From the NCBI RefSeq assembly GCF_009834535.1, contig NC_045696.1, positions 47,432,001-47,496,000 of the forward strand: 64,000 nt of DNA, written 5' to 3'. The DNA comes from Camelus ferus (lineage: Eukaryota). Positions 45,620 through 58,200 of this stretch are shown here, piece after piece. Numbering within the stretch: position 1 is the first letter of the stretch; each line of letters begins with the position of its first letter. The translations under genes were made by a program, and so were the position numbers. The notes below the pieces were generated by a model. It was not told where the DNA came from, made no database searches, and worked only from the letters and a program-made list of their open reading frames with translations.

Positions 45620-48150
45620 CATGTTAAACAAAAGCTTTTGGGATACGGTTTTAATTCCTGTGTTGATTATTTTAGCTGTATTCTTTGAGATTTGTTGTTA
45701 GTTGCTCTAGGGATTAAAATATTCATCTTTAACTATCACAATTCACTTAAAGTTAGCACTGGCATAATGTCAGTAAAAATAGTATACCAGTAAAGCACCT
45801 TATTTTCTCTCCCTATTCTTTTGTGATATATATAAATCCTTCATATATTCTGTAAACCCAATAATACTGCATTAGACTTACGGCTTTAAACAGTTTCCTA
45901 ATTTTAAAGAAATTAAGGAAAAGAAAAAAATTATGCATATACACATGATCTTTATTTATTCACATATCTCTGGTGACCTCTATTTTTTCTTGTGGAGCTG
46001 AGTTACTGTCTGGTGACATTTCCTTCAGCCTGAAGAACTTCCCTTGTTTTGTTTGTCAGGTCACCTACCAGTGAATTCTATCATTTTTTGTATATCTTTG
46101 TTTAGAAATGTCTTTATTGTGCTTCTTTTTTTGAAACTAAGTTTTACTAGGCAATAGAATTGGTTGCTTTTTCCCCCCCAGCATTTTGAATATGTCACTT
46201 CTCTTTCTTGAGGCTTGCTTTGTTTTTTATAAGTTAACTATTAATCACATTGTTGTCTCTTTCCATAAAATAAGTTGTTTTTCTCTTGCTGCATTCAAGA
46301 TTTTCTCTTTTCACAATAGCGAAGACATGGAAACAACCTAAATGTCCATTGACACAAGATTGGATAAAGAAGCTGTGGTATATTTATACAATGGAATACT
46401 ACTCAGCCATAAAAAATAATAAAATAATGCCATTTGCACCAACATGGATGGACCCAGAAATTGTCATTCTAAGTGAAGTAAGCCAGAAAGAGAAAGAAAA
46501 ATACCATATGATATCACTTATATGTGGAATCCAAAAAAGAAGACAAACAGATTTATTTACAAAACAGAAACAGACTCACAGACATAGCAAACAAACTTGT
46601 GGTTACCAGGGGGGAAGGGGATGGAAGGGATAAATTGGGAGTTTGAGAATTGCAGATACTAACTAATATATATAAAATAGATAAACAAGTTCATACTGTA
46701 TAGCACAGGGGACTATATTCAATATCTTGTAGTAACTTATGGTGAAAAAGAATATGAAAATGAATATATGTATGTTCATGTATGACTGAAGCAGAACACC
46801 AGAATGCTGTACACCAGAAATTGATACAACATTGTAAACTGACTATACTTCAATAAAAATATTTATATAAAAAAAGATTTTCTCTTTTCTTTGGCTTTCA
46901 GGAATTTGAATATGATGTGTCTGGTTGTGTTTTCTTTTATATGAGTATCTACTTTGTGTTCATTGGATCTGGAAATAAATGTCTTTTCATCAAAATGGGA
47001 AGTTTTCAGCCATTACCTTTTAAAATACTTTCCATTCCCCTTTTCTCCTCTCCTTTCATGACTCCCAATAATGTATTCTTGAAATTGTTCTACAGATCTT
47101 TGAGACACCATTCCTTTTTTTTCCCTATCTCTTTTATTTTTGTTCTTTGGATTAGACAATTTCAATTGATCTATCTTCTGATTCACTAAGACTTTAGCTA
47201 TTTCAAATCTGCTGTTGAATCCACCTAGTGAATTTTTTATTTTGGTCAATGTAATTTTCAAGTCTAGAATTTCCATTTCGTTATTTAATCTGGGTTCTCA
47301 AGAGTCAATTTTTATTGACTGCTTTTTTTTTTTTTTCTGAATATGGGTCACACTCTCCTGTTTCTTAGCATGTCTTGGAATGATTTTATCACTTGTGTAT
47401 TCTGTTTTATTTTTCTCAAGCTCATTGTATTGTGGGTTTCTGTTGTTATTTGTTTGTTTTAGTAACTTGCCCGGACTTAAACCACAGAATCTCTCTTCTT
47501 CTAAAGCTGATAATGTGTCTGATCAGTCTATTTTAGCATTTCCTTTTTGGGGACCCCTCTGTCAGCATAGGTTAGTGGTCAGCCAGTGATTTGGGCAGAT
47601 ACCTTGATTCTCTAAGTCTTCCCCAGATGTTGCCAGTTGAGGTACATGTGTGTTGAAGAACACTTTCAAACTTGTAGCCAGTTCTCAAGTCTGCCTTGGT
47701 TTTCATTATTTGCCTGCCCTTCTCTGGTCTCCCTGACACCATACATAGTTTAGCAGGTAAGGCAGGAAAGAGTAGAAAGCATATTTTAGCACTGTTATAG
47801 CTCTTGCCATTACATTTGTGACTGGCAGAAAATTTGTCCTAAACCAAGCCTGCAACTTTAGATTAGCAAAGTGATGGTCTTTCCCCATTCATTCTGAAAT
47901 AGGCTGCTGCCTTTAGCCAGCAAGGTATGGGGTTGTCACACTCATATTCTCCCTTGCTTTCCTAGCCCTTCCTCCCCACACCGCCAACAAGTCTGCCACC
48001 TCTGGCTTTAAACTGTTGGGTTTTCTTGCCTTTTTCAAGCTGGTAAGCTACATGCAACGACGGGCGAAGGAGAAGGAGGGGAATGAGAGCAGCCAAGGCC
48101 AGACAACCATGGACTGCTGTTATTCTTACCTGAAACTGCAGCAATTTCCC
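45620..48150 (-). mobile_element. Old L1M relic (inter-ORF, ORF1 and 5' region), interrupted by a younger L1
   Basis: TTTCCTTCAGCCTGAAGAACTTCC; GCATTCAAGATTTTCTC; minus ORF 47013-47276 (EILDLKITLTKIKNSLGGFNSRFE) is an ORF1 coiled-coil relic. Confidence 0.8.
46313..46873 (+). mobile_element. Young camelid-type L1 3' end (ORF2 C-terminus, 3' UTR, A-tail)
   Basis: TIAKTWKQPKCPLTQDWIKKLWYIYTMEYYSAIK...YHMISLICGI; perfect 16-bp TSD AAGATTTTCTCTTTTC at 46297-46312 and 46874-46889. Confidence 0.97.
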
Positions 48151-48164
48151 AAGAATAAGCATTT

Positions 48165-48501
48165 TTTCTTCCAGTTTTATTGAGATATAATTGACATACA
48201 GGACTGTATAAGTTTAAGGCATATGCAGCATGATATGACTTACAAACATCATGAGATGATGACCACAATAAGTGTGGTTGAACATCCATTGTCTCATATA
48301 TAGATATAACACTAAAGAAATAGAAACAAATTTTTTCCCTTGTGATGAGGATTCTTAGGATTTACTCTCTTAACAACTTTCATATATGACAGAAAGCAGT
48401 GTTAATTAAATTGATCAGTTTGTGCATTTTATCTTTAGTACTTATTTACCTTATAGAGTTTGTATCTTTTGACTGCTTTCATCCAGTTTACCCTCCCTCC
48501 C
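48165..48501 (-). mobile_element. L1 3' UTR fragment with TSD
   Basis: TTTTATTGAGATATAATTGACATACA..ACTGTATAAGTTTAAGG; TTAGGATTTACTCTCTTAACAACTTTCA; TSD CCCAAGAA(AA)TAAGCATTT at 48148 and 48502. Confidence 0.9.
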
Positions 48502-48999
48502 CCCAAGAAAATAAGCATTTCTCAATTTTCATATGGTAGTTTTAGGCACTTTTCCCCTTTATATTTGCTTTATCCTTGTTTTATTGCACAGTGGAGCTCC
48601 ATAACCTCTTCATGTCACTTACAAAACATCTCCTTCCATCTGATTTTTAAAACAATTCACATGTATGATTTTGATAAAAATTACAGAGGATTTGATGGCT
48701 ATTTCCTTAACATGATAATATAGCTATATCTTTTTACAAATCTATTGTGTCTCTATAATTAAATCCATATCTAAATATATAGCTATACCTAGCTTAGCAT
48801 CTATTGACTATTTTTTCTAAATCAGTTATTAATTTGATAGTTTCAAAATGGTGGATGTTCTAACTCCATCATGCCTTCCACAGTTACTAGTTGGCGTTCT
48901 GTTCTAAGAAACAATTTTCCCTTTTAATTTGTTCATTTTTCTTCCTTCCTTCCTTTCCTTATCAACATGGACCCATAGATTATTTATTTTTTCTTTTCT

Positions 49000-49800
49000 C
49001 TACCCAAAATTTTAAAGTTAGACTTATCAAGGTGTATTTTACATAGAGTAAAAATGGGTCATTCAAAAAATTTCCCAAAACAGTTCCCTTAGGTCCTTTT
49101 GCATTCAATCCTTTCTCCAGCCTCTAGCCCTCAAACCTACTGACCTCATTTCTGTTCCCGTTTTAATTTCTGATTTTTTTATTGCTAATATAAAGTTTTA
49201 TATATTAATCTTATATTCTGAAACCCTGCTACACTTGCTAATTAGTCCCAGCAGATTGTTTTTGTAGCTTCCATATACAACATGTCATTTGTGAGGCTTC
49301 TTCCTTTACTTCTTGCTTTCCAATCCAGACGCATTTAATTTCTTTTGCTTATTTCTTGGGCTAGAACCACCTCTAGAACAATGCTGAATTACAGTGGTGA
49401 GAGTAGACAGCCTTGCCTTATGTCTATCCTAGAGGGAAAAACATTCAGTAATTACAAGAATGTTGTCCTTAATCATTGATTGAGGATGATGTGAGCTGTA
49501 GGTTTTTGGTAATTTCTCTTAATCATGTTGAGGAAGTTCTCTTCTATCCCTAGTTTCCTGAGAGTTTTATTTTTTTAGTCAGGAATGCATGTTGAGATTT
49601 TGTCAAAAAGTTTTTCTGCCTCTACTGAAATGATCATATGGTTGTTTTTTTTGTTTTGTTTTGTGAGTTCTTTCAGTCTGTTAACCTGATTTACATTGAT
49701 TTTTTAATGTTAAACCATCTTTCATTCCTGGGGTAAATCCCACTCAGTCATAACATATTATTATATTATTCTTTTAATATATTGCTGGATTAGTTTGTTT
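49000..49800 (-). mobile_element. Old L1 fragments including the ORF2 RT region
   Basis: AGTGGTGAGAGTAGACAGCCTTGCCTT; TTGAGGAAGTTCTCTTCTATCCCTAGTTT; TTTTTCTGCCTCTACTGAAATGATCATATGG. Confidence 0.85.
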
Positions 49801-50400
49801 CTTGTTCCTGAATTTTTGTTATCTACTCTTTTATTTGTGTTTGATTTTCCAAGAATTCTGGTTCTGTAAGGCTAGAATAAGTGTAATAAGAAGATCTGAG
49901 TATGTTATGCCAAATCCATGCAGTGTTCCATTGCTTTTAAATTATTTTTTCTCTTCCATCTGAATAATTATGTTTTCCAGAAGATCTGATAGTGTAAACT
50001 CAATGAAAATATGGATCATCAATATAGTCTAATCAGAGGCGATTGTAACACCATAATTAATTTTGAATAATTTCTCATTTTAAAACAGCATGATTGGAAG
50101 CACAGGGGCCCCTTCCCCTCTTGTCTTTCATACAGCTGTTTGCTTACTTTGTACTAGCTTCTGTCTTACTAAAGAATGATTTACCAGGATAAAGAAAACA
50201 ATCACAGAGAGAGAAATTCTGTTTCTATAAAAACAAAGGTATTCCAAAGAGCCTTTAGAATGAGGAAGCATCAATGATAAAAGTAGTGTAAGCTATTGTA
50301 AGTAATTTTAAACACTAGATAAATATATAAAATGTAAAGTTAAAGTCCCAGGCAATCCCCTGCTAATAACTACTCTTAACATTTTAGAACCCCTTGGACC

Positions 50401-50442
50401 AAAAAAAAAAAAAAAAAAACAAAACCTCTGTGTGTGTGTGTG
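50401..50442. repeat. Poly-A followed by (TG)n
   Basis: A19 run then TGTGTGTGTGTGTG. Confidence 0.9.
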
Positions 50443-52554
50443 ATATATGCATATGTATGCAAATAAAAATAAATATACTATATAGTGATAACGATTAATT
50501 ATAAACTAATAGAAAAAAAGAGGTTGAAAACTGGGCCTTTTTTTTATACTCTATGACCCATTTTTCTGAGTGTTGAAGCTCTGATTGGCAGCTGCCATTT
50601 TGATGTTTTTTTTATTTTCTTTTGGCAACAAAACCTCAATTTTGTTGCCCTTAAAATCCTCATTTCTTGACAGGTGCCCATCAAAACCACGCACCTTTCT
50701 CCCAAATTTCCTACAACATTTATAACTGCTTCCAGCTTGTCAGGATATTTCTGCTTTGCCCAGCGATCTCCTAAACTTCATTTTGATAACCTCTCATGAA
50801 AAAGTACTCCAGAAGCTTCATGTTTATTTCTTATTTGAACATGACTCATGAAGCCATCAGTCAAGTCTCTGAATGCACTCCCTAATGTATTTCATAACAA
50901 ACGTATATCCTTAGGTTTTTATATTCTGATAACATCCTCATATGCTCAGCCATCCATATTTAATGAAAGACTATCATTCTCCCCCTGGCCAATTCCAACA
51001 TCTGCAGAACCATCTAATGCACAGACACGGACCTTCTATGTGACCTTGGACAACCTTGTTCTATATCCTGAGTATATGAATGTACGGAATGGGGACCACT
51101 GTAATGCAAATCACTTTTCAAGAACATTCTAATAATTAGAAATTGTGAAGTGGTTCAGATTTATCAGCCTGTTTGACTATTCTGGAAATGCCAGTCATGC
51201 ACATTATGTACAATCATGTACCTTAACCCTGTTAAGCCATTAGGTAACCACTCAACATACACCTCAGGCTGCTGTATTGGCCTGAAGAGGGCGGGTGTGC
51301 ACTTCCTTGGCCCCTGCCTGTCTCCTGTGCTCCTGTCTTCCCTGGATCTCTGCAGACTTGTGTGTAGGAGGCCACAGACTTGAGATAGGCAAGCCTAGGC
51401 ATCTTCAGGTGCTGTCCCACTGGTGGGTTTGGCCTCTCTCTCCCTGTTGGGCTGTCCTGAGAGCTATACTTCTCGGGCTGACCACAGAATTCCTGCATTT
51501 TGACCTGAGGCATTATTGCTGAGTCTGACCTTCTCTGCATCCAAAGCCAACTACTAAACACTCTTATTGTCTCTAGAATTGCTCTTTATCGATCGGCCAG
51601 TATGAGGGCATCCTTGTACCTTCTTTTCCCATCCTCTGCATTGTTCTTGTTCTAACAAGGCGGGTGCCTGCACTAAATTTCCAGTCCTGAGACTCTTTCT
51701 CTCTCCAGAGTCCTCTGCACGCTCCAGTTGACATAAGTGGAGATCTGCTTTGCGCCTGTGCTAAGGTCCTGCTTAGGGAATCTCTGCAGTTCCCTTTTGA
51801 GCCTGGGTTTTCTACCCTTCTTGCCAGTCATCTTGTTTTAGGACCAAAGGGTACCCCCTCATGGCCACCCCACATCAGGGTCCTCGCTTCTTGAATTGAT
51901 GTCTCAGGTGTCCAAAGCTCCCTGGCAGTCTGAATGTCCTCTCTTCAGCTGTCTCCATTGCTGGGTTCTCTCTAATTCTTGGATGGATCCTTCTGGTTCT
52001 TTGTTGTCCTCTGGTCCCTACATGAACTCAAGACTTCTATTCCCTTGAGCTCTTCGCCTGTAGGCATCCAGGCCTGCTCATACAATCTGCCACCCTGCTA
52101 ACAGATGGCAGCTGAACCAAAGCTTCTCTGCACAAATAGGTTTAAAAAAGCACCAATAAAAAACATTATTCAGGTTTCCTTTTTTGTACAACTTATCTAA
52201 GACTTTAATATACAAATTTGCATCCACAGAGGTGAAAATAATACACAATTTTTCCAAATACATTTGTTGAAGGCGTATTTTTTCCAAGAGTTTCTTAAAG
52301 ACCTAGAACAAAATGTATTCTATGAAACATATTTTGAAAATGCTTTTTTAGAAGATGAGACTAGAGAATCTCCATGGTCTCTTTCAGTTTTATAGATTCT
52401 GAATCAATGATTCACAAGAAATATTTTGGGGGGGAAAAAAAACTGTTCATGTTTAGTTAACTCAGTCCAAGGACAAGAGAAGCACTGTATTTTGGTTACT
52501 AGGTAGTTGTTTTCTACAATGGAGCAGGGAGAAAGCAGAAAACGAATGTTCCTT

Positions 52555-52680
52555 TTATTTATTCAATCACTGTGAGAATATTTATTGAGACCTACAATGT
52601 GCCAGGCATTATTCGAGATGCTGGAGTTTTAATAATGCATAAGATCAATGTTCTCCTTGCCCTCAGGAATCTTAGAGAAA
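52555..52680 (-). mobile_element. L2 3' end
   Basis: AATATTTATTGAGACCTACAATGTGCCAGGCATT...CCTTGCCCTCAGGAA.CTTA. Confidence 0.8.
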
Positions 52681-52984
52681 TCAACTAAGCAACTAATGTC
52701 TTTGCTTTGAGTCCGTGTGCCCCAAGTCTCATTCTGAAGTTTCCTTTAAAGTTTGAGTTCTTAAAGTTTTAAGTACGTCTCTTTCTGTCATAAATGGGAT
52801 TCAGATTTGCCATTATTCTATAATTAAACAAAATTGGTGAAGTCCATAAGCAAATATGCATAAGCATATAATATGCAGCAGGTAAACATACACAGAAACA
52901 TGTACAAACTGTATACGTAGATATGACCCAGACAGTCTCTATCTGAATCATGTTAAAAACAAAACTACCAGTGACATATCCATG

Positions 52985-53150
52985 TAAGTTTCTCAGAGGT
53001 TGCCCAGAACACTTATATTAAAATAGCCAAGGATAATAGTGAAAATGCAGATTTCCACTCCAAATACTTTGATTCAGTAGGGCTCAGGCATAGGCATGTT
53101 AAACTCATGCCACATAAGACACTTCTGCATACTAACCTTCAAGAACTTCT
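52985..53150. mobile_element. MER5-type MITE relic
   Basis: TGAAAATGCAGATTTCC...TGATTCAGTAGG...AAGAACTTCTG. Confidence 0.55.
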
Positions 53151-54599
53151 GCTATGGAGACTCTGGGGTGGGGGTTGAGAGCTGGAGCTTGTCACCATGG
53201 GGCCCCAGATGGGACAGAGGGACTCACATTGGCGGAGGCAAGGATTGGCAGGACAGAAAGCAGGCACTGAATGTCCCAGCAAGATAGTGTGTAGAAGCTA
53301 CCTGATACATAGTTAAGTGTTCAAAAAGTGTGAATTCCCTCTCCTCTGCCTCAAAGAGAACACAGCCAGCAGCTGAACACACCTGGGGGCTTCTCACTGT
53401 TTCCTCCCCGGTTTCGTATATTTCACTTTATTTTCCTGTGACCTCACTTGGGAGGGGATCCCTAGATTCTCTCCCAAGAGATGGCAGATCCTTCCTAGTC
53501 TAATTCATACCTTGATTTTACTACTTATTTTAAAATTTGATGCAGGTATTGATAAAAATTCAAATACCAGAGTACAGAGGCTTGTGGGATTTTTCTTCTC
53601 ACGTTTCACAAAAATGTAACAGACTACTGGTTTCAGATTAAAACTCTAGAAGCCACCATCACCACGTTTCCTGTTTGTAACTGAACAAAGTACACACAAA
53701 AGATTTTAAGAAAGAGAAGAGAGAAAAAACAGAGGTGCAGATAAAGACAAGGTTTACTGCCACACTGCTTCTAACATAATAGAGCAACGTTAACTTGGAA
53801 AAAAAAGCTTGGGGGAGCATTTTTAATCCATACATTTGCCTATGGCTACATAAGGATTTCTCTGAGAGAAGAAGCATGTCAGGTAAGTGGCATTTAAAAT
53901 TCTTTTGTTCAATTCCTATGCTTAAAAATTCACATGATAATTCCCAAGCCTCTGGCAAAAAGACACTTCATGTTGGGCAAGTAAATTCGTTTACACAATT
54001 ATTTCAAAAGTGTGAGATAATCTTTACCATAATTAGAACATATTTTGAAATACAGTAACGTGTGTAAGTTGACTATTTTCTCTGAAAATAAAAAGTTAGG
54101 CAGTATTTGATAATATAAAGGTAGTTGTATCTATTCAATTACTAAGTGTTCCTTGATAATCACACAATTTAGAGTACTTATTTTTAAAGAAACTTTTGTT
54201 GACCATGCATATTCCTCTTTGGTTTAGTTATAAAGCAGGTTAGGAGTAGCAACATTCTAATTCCTTAGATTTTAGGCATATATTATCTTCCCAGAAATCT
54301 ATCCAATCATCAACTCTCAAAGAGATGACAATTTGGCAAAGGCCAGTGAAAATTCCATCACTTGTAGAATGAACTGTGAGGATGGAATCTACATTCATTA
54401 GCCGAATGTCTGCTCCACGTTGATTGATCATTCCTCCTTCATCCTTTTCTGTACTTTTTATTTCTTTAATAAAACATCTTTTTGTTATAAGAGAAGACAT
54501 GCATATTATATAAAGTGAGAGAGCTGTGAAATACATACGGAAAAAAATTTTATGTCGTTTTCATCATCTTAAAAAATGAGATATTATGTTGTATGTCTT

Positions 54600-55260
54600 T
54601 CCAACTTCTTTGTGGTTTGCTTTTCATAACTGAAATAATAATGAACATAAAATAATATATTCAGCTTTTTCACTAACATACTATAACCATTTCCATCTTT
54701 ATGATAACTTCTGCTTAATTGCTTTATGTGAATGCACAAAGTGACATCTGTTGGGTTAATTATAGTTTACTTAGTTCTTTGTTTATTGTTGGACATTTAG
54801 GTTGTAGCCAGTCTTTTTATATTTTAAATGGCAAAAAAGATGGACAACTCTGTAGCTTTTTCTATATTAAGGGTTATTTTCTTAGGAAAGATTTCTAGAC
54901 ATGGAATTACTGAATAAGAAGTTGTGAACATTTTAAGTCTCATTAATGCCAAATTGCCTTTCCAAGACTGATGCCAGTTCACTCTCATCCCAGCAGCGTT
55001 TCTCCTTAACAAGCTGATCTCACTTAAAAAAACCACTAATTTGATAAGCGCAACATGCTAACCCATTGTTTATTATGTATTACTTTGATTATAACGAGGA
55101 TGAACATTTTTGCCTGGGCTTTTAAACAGTTTACAATTATTCTATCATTTGCAAATTGTCTGATTACATCTTTGGCTTAATTATTATGCTAATAGTATTT
55201 TAATATCAATATGTATGAGTCATTTATAAAGACAATAAGTATTATAATTTCTGTGAATTT
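54600..55260 (-). mobile_element. L1ME-like relic
   Basis: ATTGTTGGACATTTAGGTTG; TTCTTAGGAAAGATTTCTAGACATGGAATTACTG; TGCCAAATTGCCTTTCCAA; GAGGATGAACATTTTT. Confidence 0.8.
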
Positions 55261-58200
55261 GCTTCCCAGTGGCTTGTTCAATGGATTTTAAAATCAATTG
55301 GTTGGATTAATCACACAGGGAATATAACCTGATGTATGATTTTCTTAACTCCCTTTATCTTTTCCAGGTATATATATTAGCAAAGAACAAAAACAATTGT
55401 TCCAGTTTTGCTAGTGACATATTGCCATGAGCTCATGGTCATGGGGAACTTGGCAAGGATGGGCAGGCTGAAGGCTCTGAATATGACATTCAACTATTTC
55501 CCATTAATTCATTCTAAATTTGGAAGGGATGGTCAGATTTCCTCCATATAATTTCATAGTTTAGATTTAGATCCCTTCAGGAATAATACAGAGCTCCTCT
55601 GTTGCCAATTAAGACCTACAGTTCCACAGAAGAGATAAAATATATACAGTATTTGTCATTAAAGCCTCATAGATCTTAAAAGCAAACCAACAAACAAAAT
55701 CAAGACCCCAGAATGCTAAATGTGAAAAAAAGATACTTGAACGATAGTATTCCTTATGTTTAGATAGGTGGTCAAAAATGAAAATAAGTGTGAACACAAT
55801 GAAAAAGTAAAATGATTCCTAATTGAGTAAAATGATGTCTGACAAGAAAAACCTAAATCTCCCCTTTTCTCCTACCTCTAATGCCTTGTAACCACAGCAG
55901 CAATAAGTGTTCCAGCATCATTATTCCTACTGTGTTTCTGTCTTCATATAAAATCAGTATTAACTGAATCAAATGGCAGAAACAATGCCTTTTGGCTACC
56001 ATTAATTTAGGTTAAACAATGATTCACAATGTAGTTAAACATCGCTGTTTTTCAGAAGAAAAAAAAAAAAAGGATTCTCATTGTCTTTACTCAGTTTTGT
56101 CTTCCCTTGAGCCCCAATCACCTTTTGAGAACAATGAAAGTCTTTCTTTTAGAGACTAGATAGGACTAATTTATGAATCATCTTTGAAACTCAGTTGTTC
56201 TTTAAATTAAAGATGGGTCAATGTTTCACCATTTAATTTAGGTAATATTGGACAGAGATTTTAAGTTAACCCAGGAGAGATTGTCACTCAAAGGTCACAG
56301 CTCTAAGAAATAAATCTCCACAAATGGCTAGTTCATAGTAAATAAATAAATATTGGACTCTTTTCCAGGCATTTAAAAATTTCATTTTTTCAGCATTCCT
56401 GAATTAAAAAGAAGAGAGAAAAAATTAACAGGCCTTCTTAAAACAGTAAAGAAACATAAGAGTTACGGTATTTTGTTGGATGAAAGTTGCCACACACCCA
56501 TGCCACCTTCAGAGGCTCTTCCCAGGCTCTCCTCCAATAGGAAATGAGGAACACATATGCAAAGTGGAGCAGCCAAATCCAGAGAAGGAGAGAGAGGTTT
56601 GTCCACAGCAGGGATTTTGGCGGCACGTTAATCCCAAAAGGACTTCTTGAGTTTACCAATTCCAAGTTTAAAAGAGACAAAGAGTGAAGTACTAGCGGAA
56701 TCATAACCTATTATCTTAAAATCTACCCTTCGTCTCACGCCCACGTGTATGCCGTCCTCCGTTAAATCCAGTAAGCATTATCTACAAGGAATCATGAAGG
56801 GGGAACTTCATGTCACATAGATGGGTATCTGAACTTCAGTAGCACGGTTGGCTTAGTGTGAGGTTCAGGGATTTGCGGAAAGTCACACAGCTAGTAAGTA
56901 ACTTCCCTCATTCTTTGTCCACACACTTCAAAAACAGACATTCCAAAGCCTCATGTGGCTACCGTCCCTCTCCCCACCATGGGCCTAGCCGGCATATATC
57001 ATTCACATTTCAAATAACCTTTTGTTAGTAATAGACACTCGTTTAAGTTTGGCAGTTTTCCAACCTTGCATTAAAAACAGTATCTTATTTACGCGAAAGC
57101 CTGGGACGAGGTCTGAGAACTTCTTTCAGGGCTCGTTTCCGTGATTCTGGTGCCTCTGGTTGATGGGATGATGGGAACGGATAATGGGAGCAGAGGCTGT
57201 GTGTCCATGGTGACAACGAGCCACATCAAAGAGTCATCAGGAATGTGCCTACTTTAGCACCAAACCATCACCATAGAAAGAAAAATTCATTTTATAAGTA
57301 GAATCCAGGGGGACTGTAATATCAGAACTTTTTGTTGAACTTTCTAGGGTGCTTAAAATAATACACATTCATGGAAATATACACAAAGAAGAGATGGTCA
57401 CTGCACTGGGAGAATTTACAAACCAAGGAAGAGAAACCATCAAGGAAAGCCATGTCCTATAAGCTAGAAACTCAGTTACAGAGTCTCTGAAGGAGAAACA
57501 ATTTGGGCATTACATTTATTGCTTTTCTGTTGTTAACTGTTTAAGTTAACTGTTAAGTAAAGGCTTCTGAATGAATCAAACCTGCCAGCAGAAAGACATT
57601 ACATTTGCTTAGCTGGGTTTCTTTCCAGAGTACTTGTAATTGTGAATTCCAAATACAGTGCTTGCCAAGTACTGTAGGCTTTGAGGGAGTCAGAGGTCTT
57701 ATAATTAAATCTACTACTCTTAGCCCCTGGTAGTTGAAAGCTAGACAGAAACTTAAATCATAGTTTTCCTAGCTGTCATTACCTCATGAATAACTTCCCG
57801 AGACCTTAGCTTTGTAGCAGTGTAAATTGCTAAATTAAAATTGTGTAGGCATTCTTTTTAAATTGATAAAATCTATATAAATGAAAGTAATTACAATTAA
57901 TGAAGAATGATACTAAAGACTGCATTTGCTGGGCAAGAATTTTTAGGCACTTTGCGCATCTACTATTATAAGAGGCACTGTCTGTGCTAAATGGATACCC
58001 ATCTGGGGCTGGAGGACTTTCCATGCTGCATATGGAAAATAACTGGGTAAGGGGAGGTAGGAAGTACGTGAGTGTGTGTGTATGTGAATATTTATACAAA
58101 TCTATCATTCAAGTTGAAAATCTCCACCATTTAGCTATTCAGTATCTTCTCGTCTCTGTGTGTTTTGTTTTCCAAAATGGGGGCATTTATTGCAGGCAAT

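Noticed and set aside
46286..46633. 115-aa ORF with real protein-like sequence
   Set aside because: It is the C-terminus of L1 ORF2 in a 5'-truncated insertion bounded by a TSD, not a host gene.
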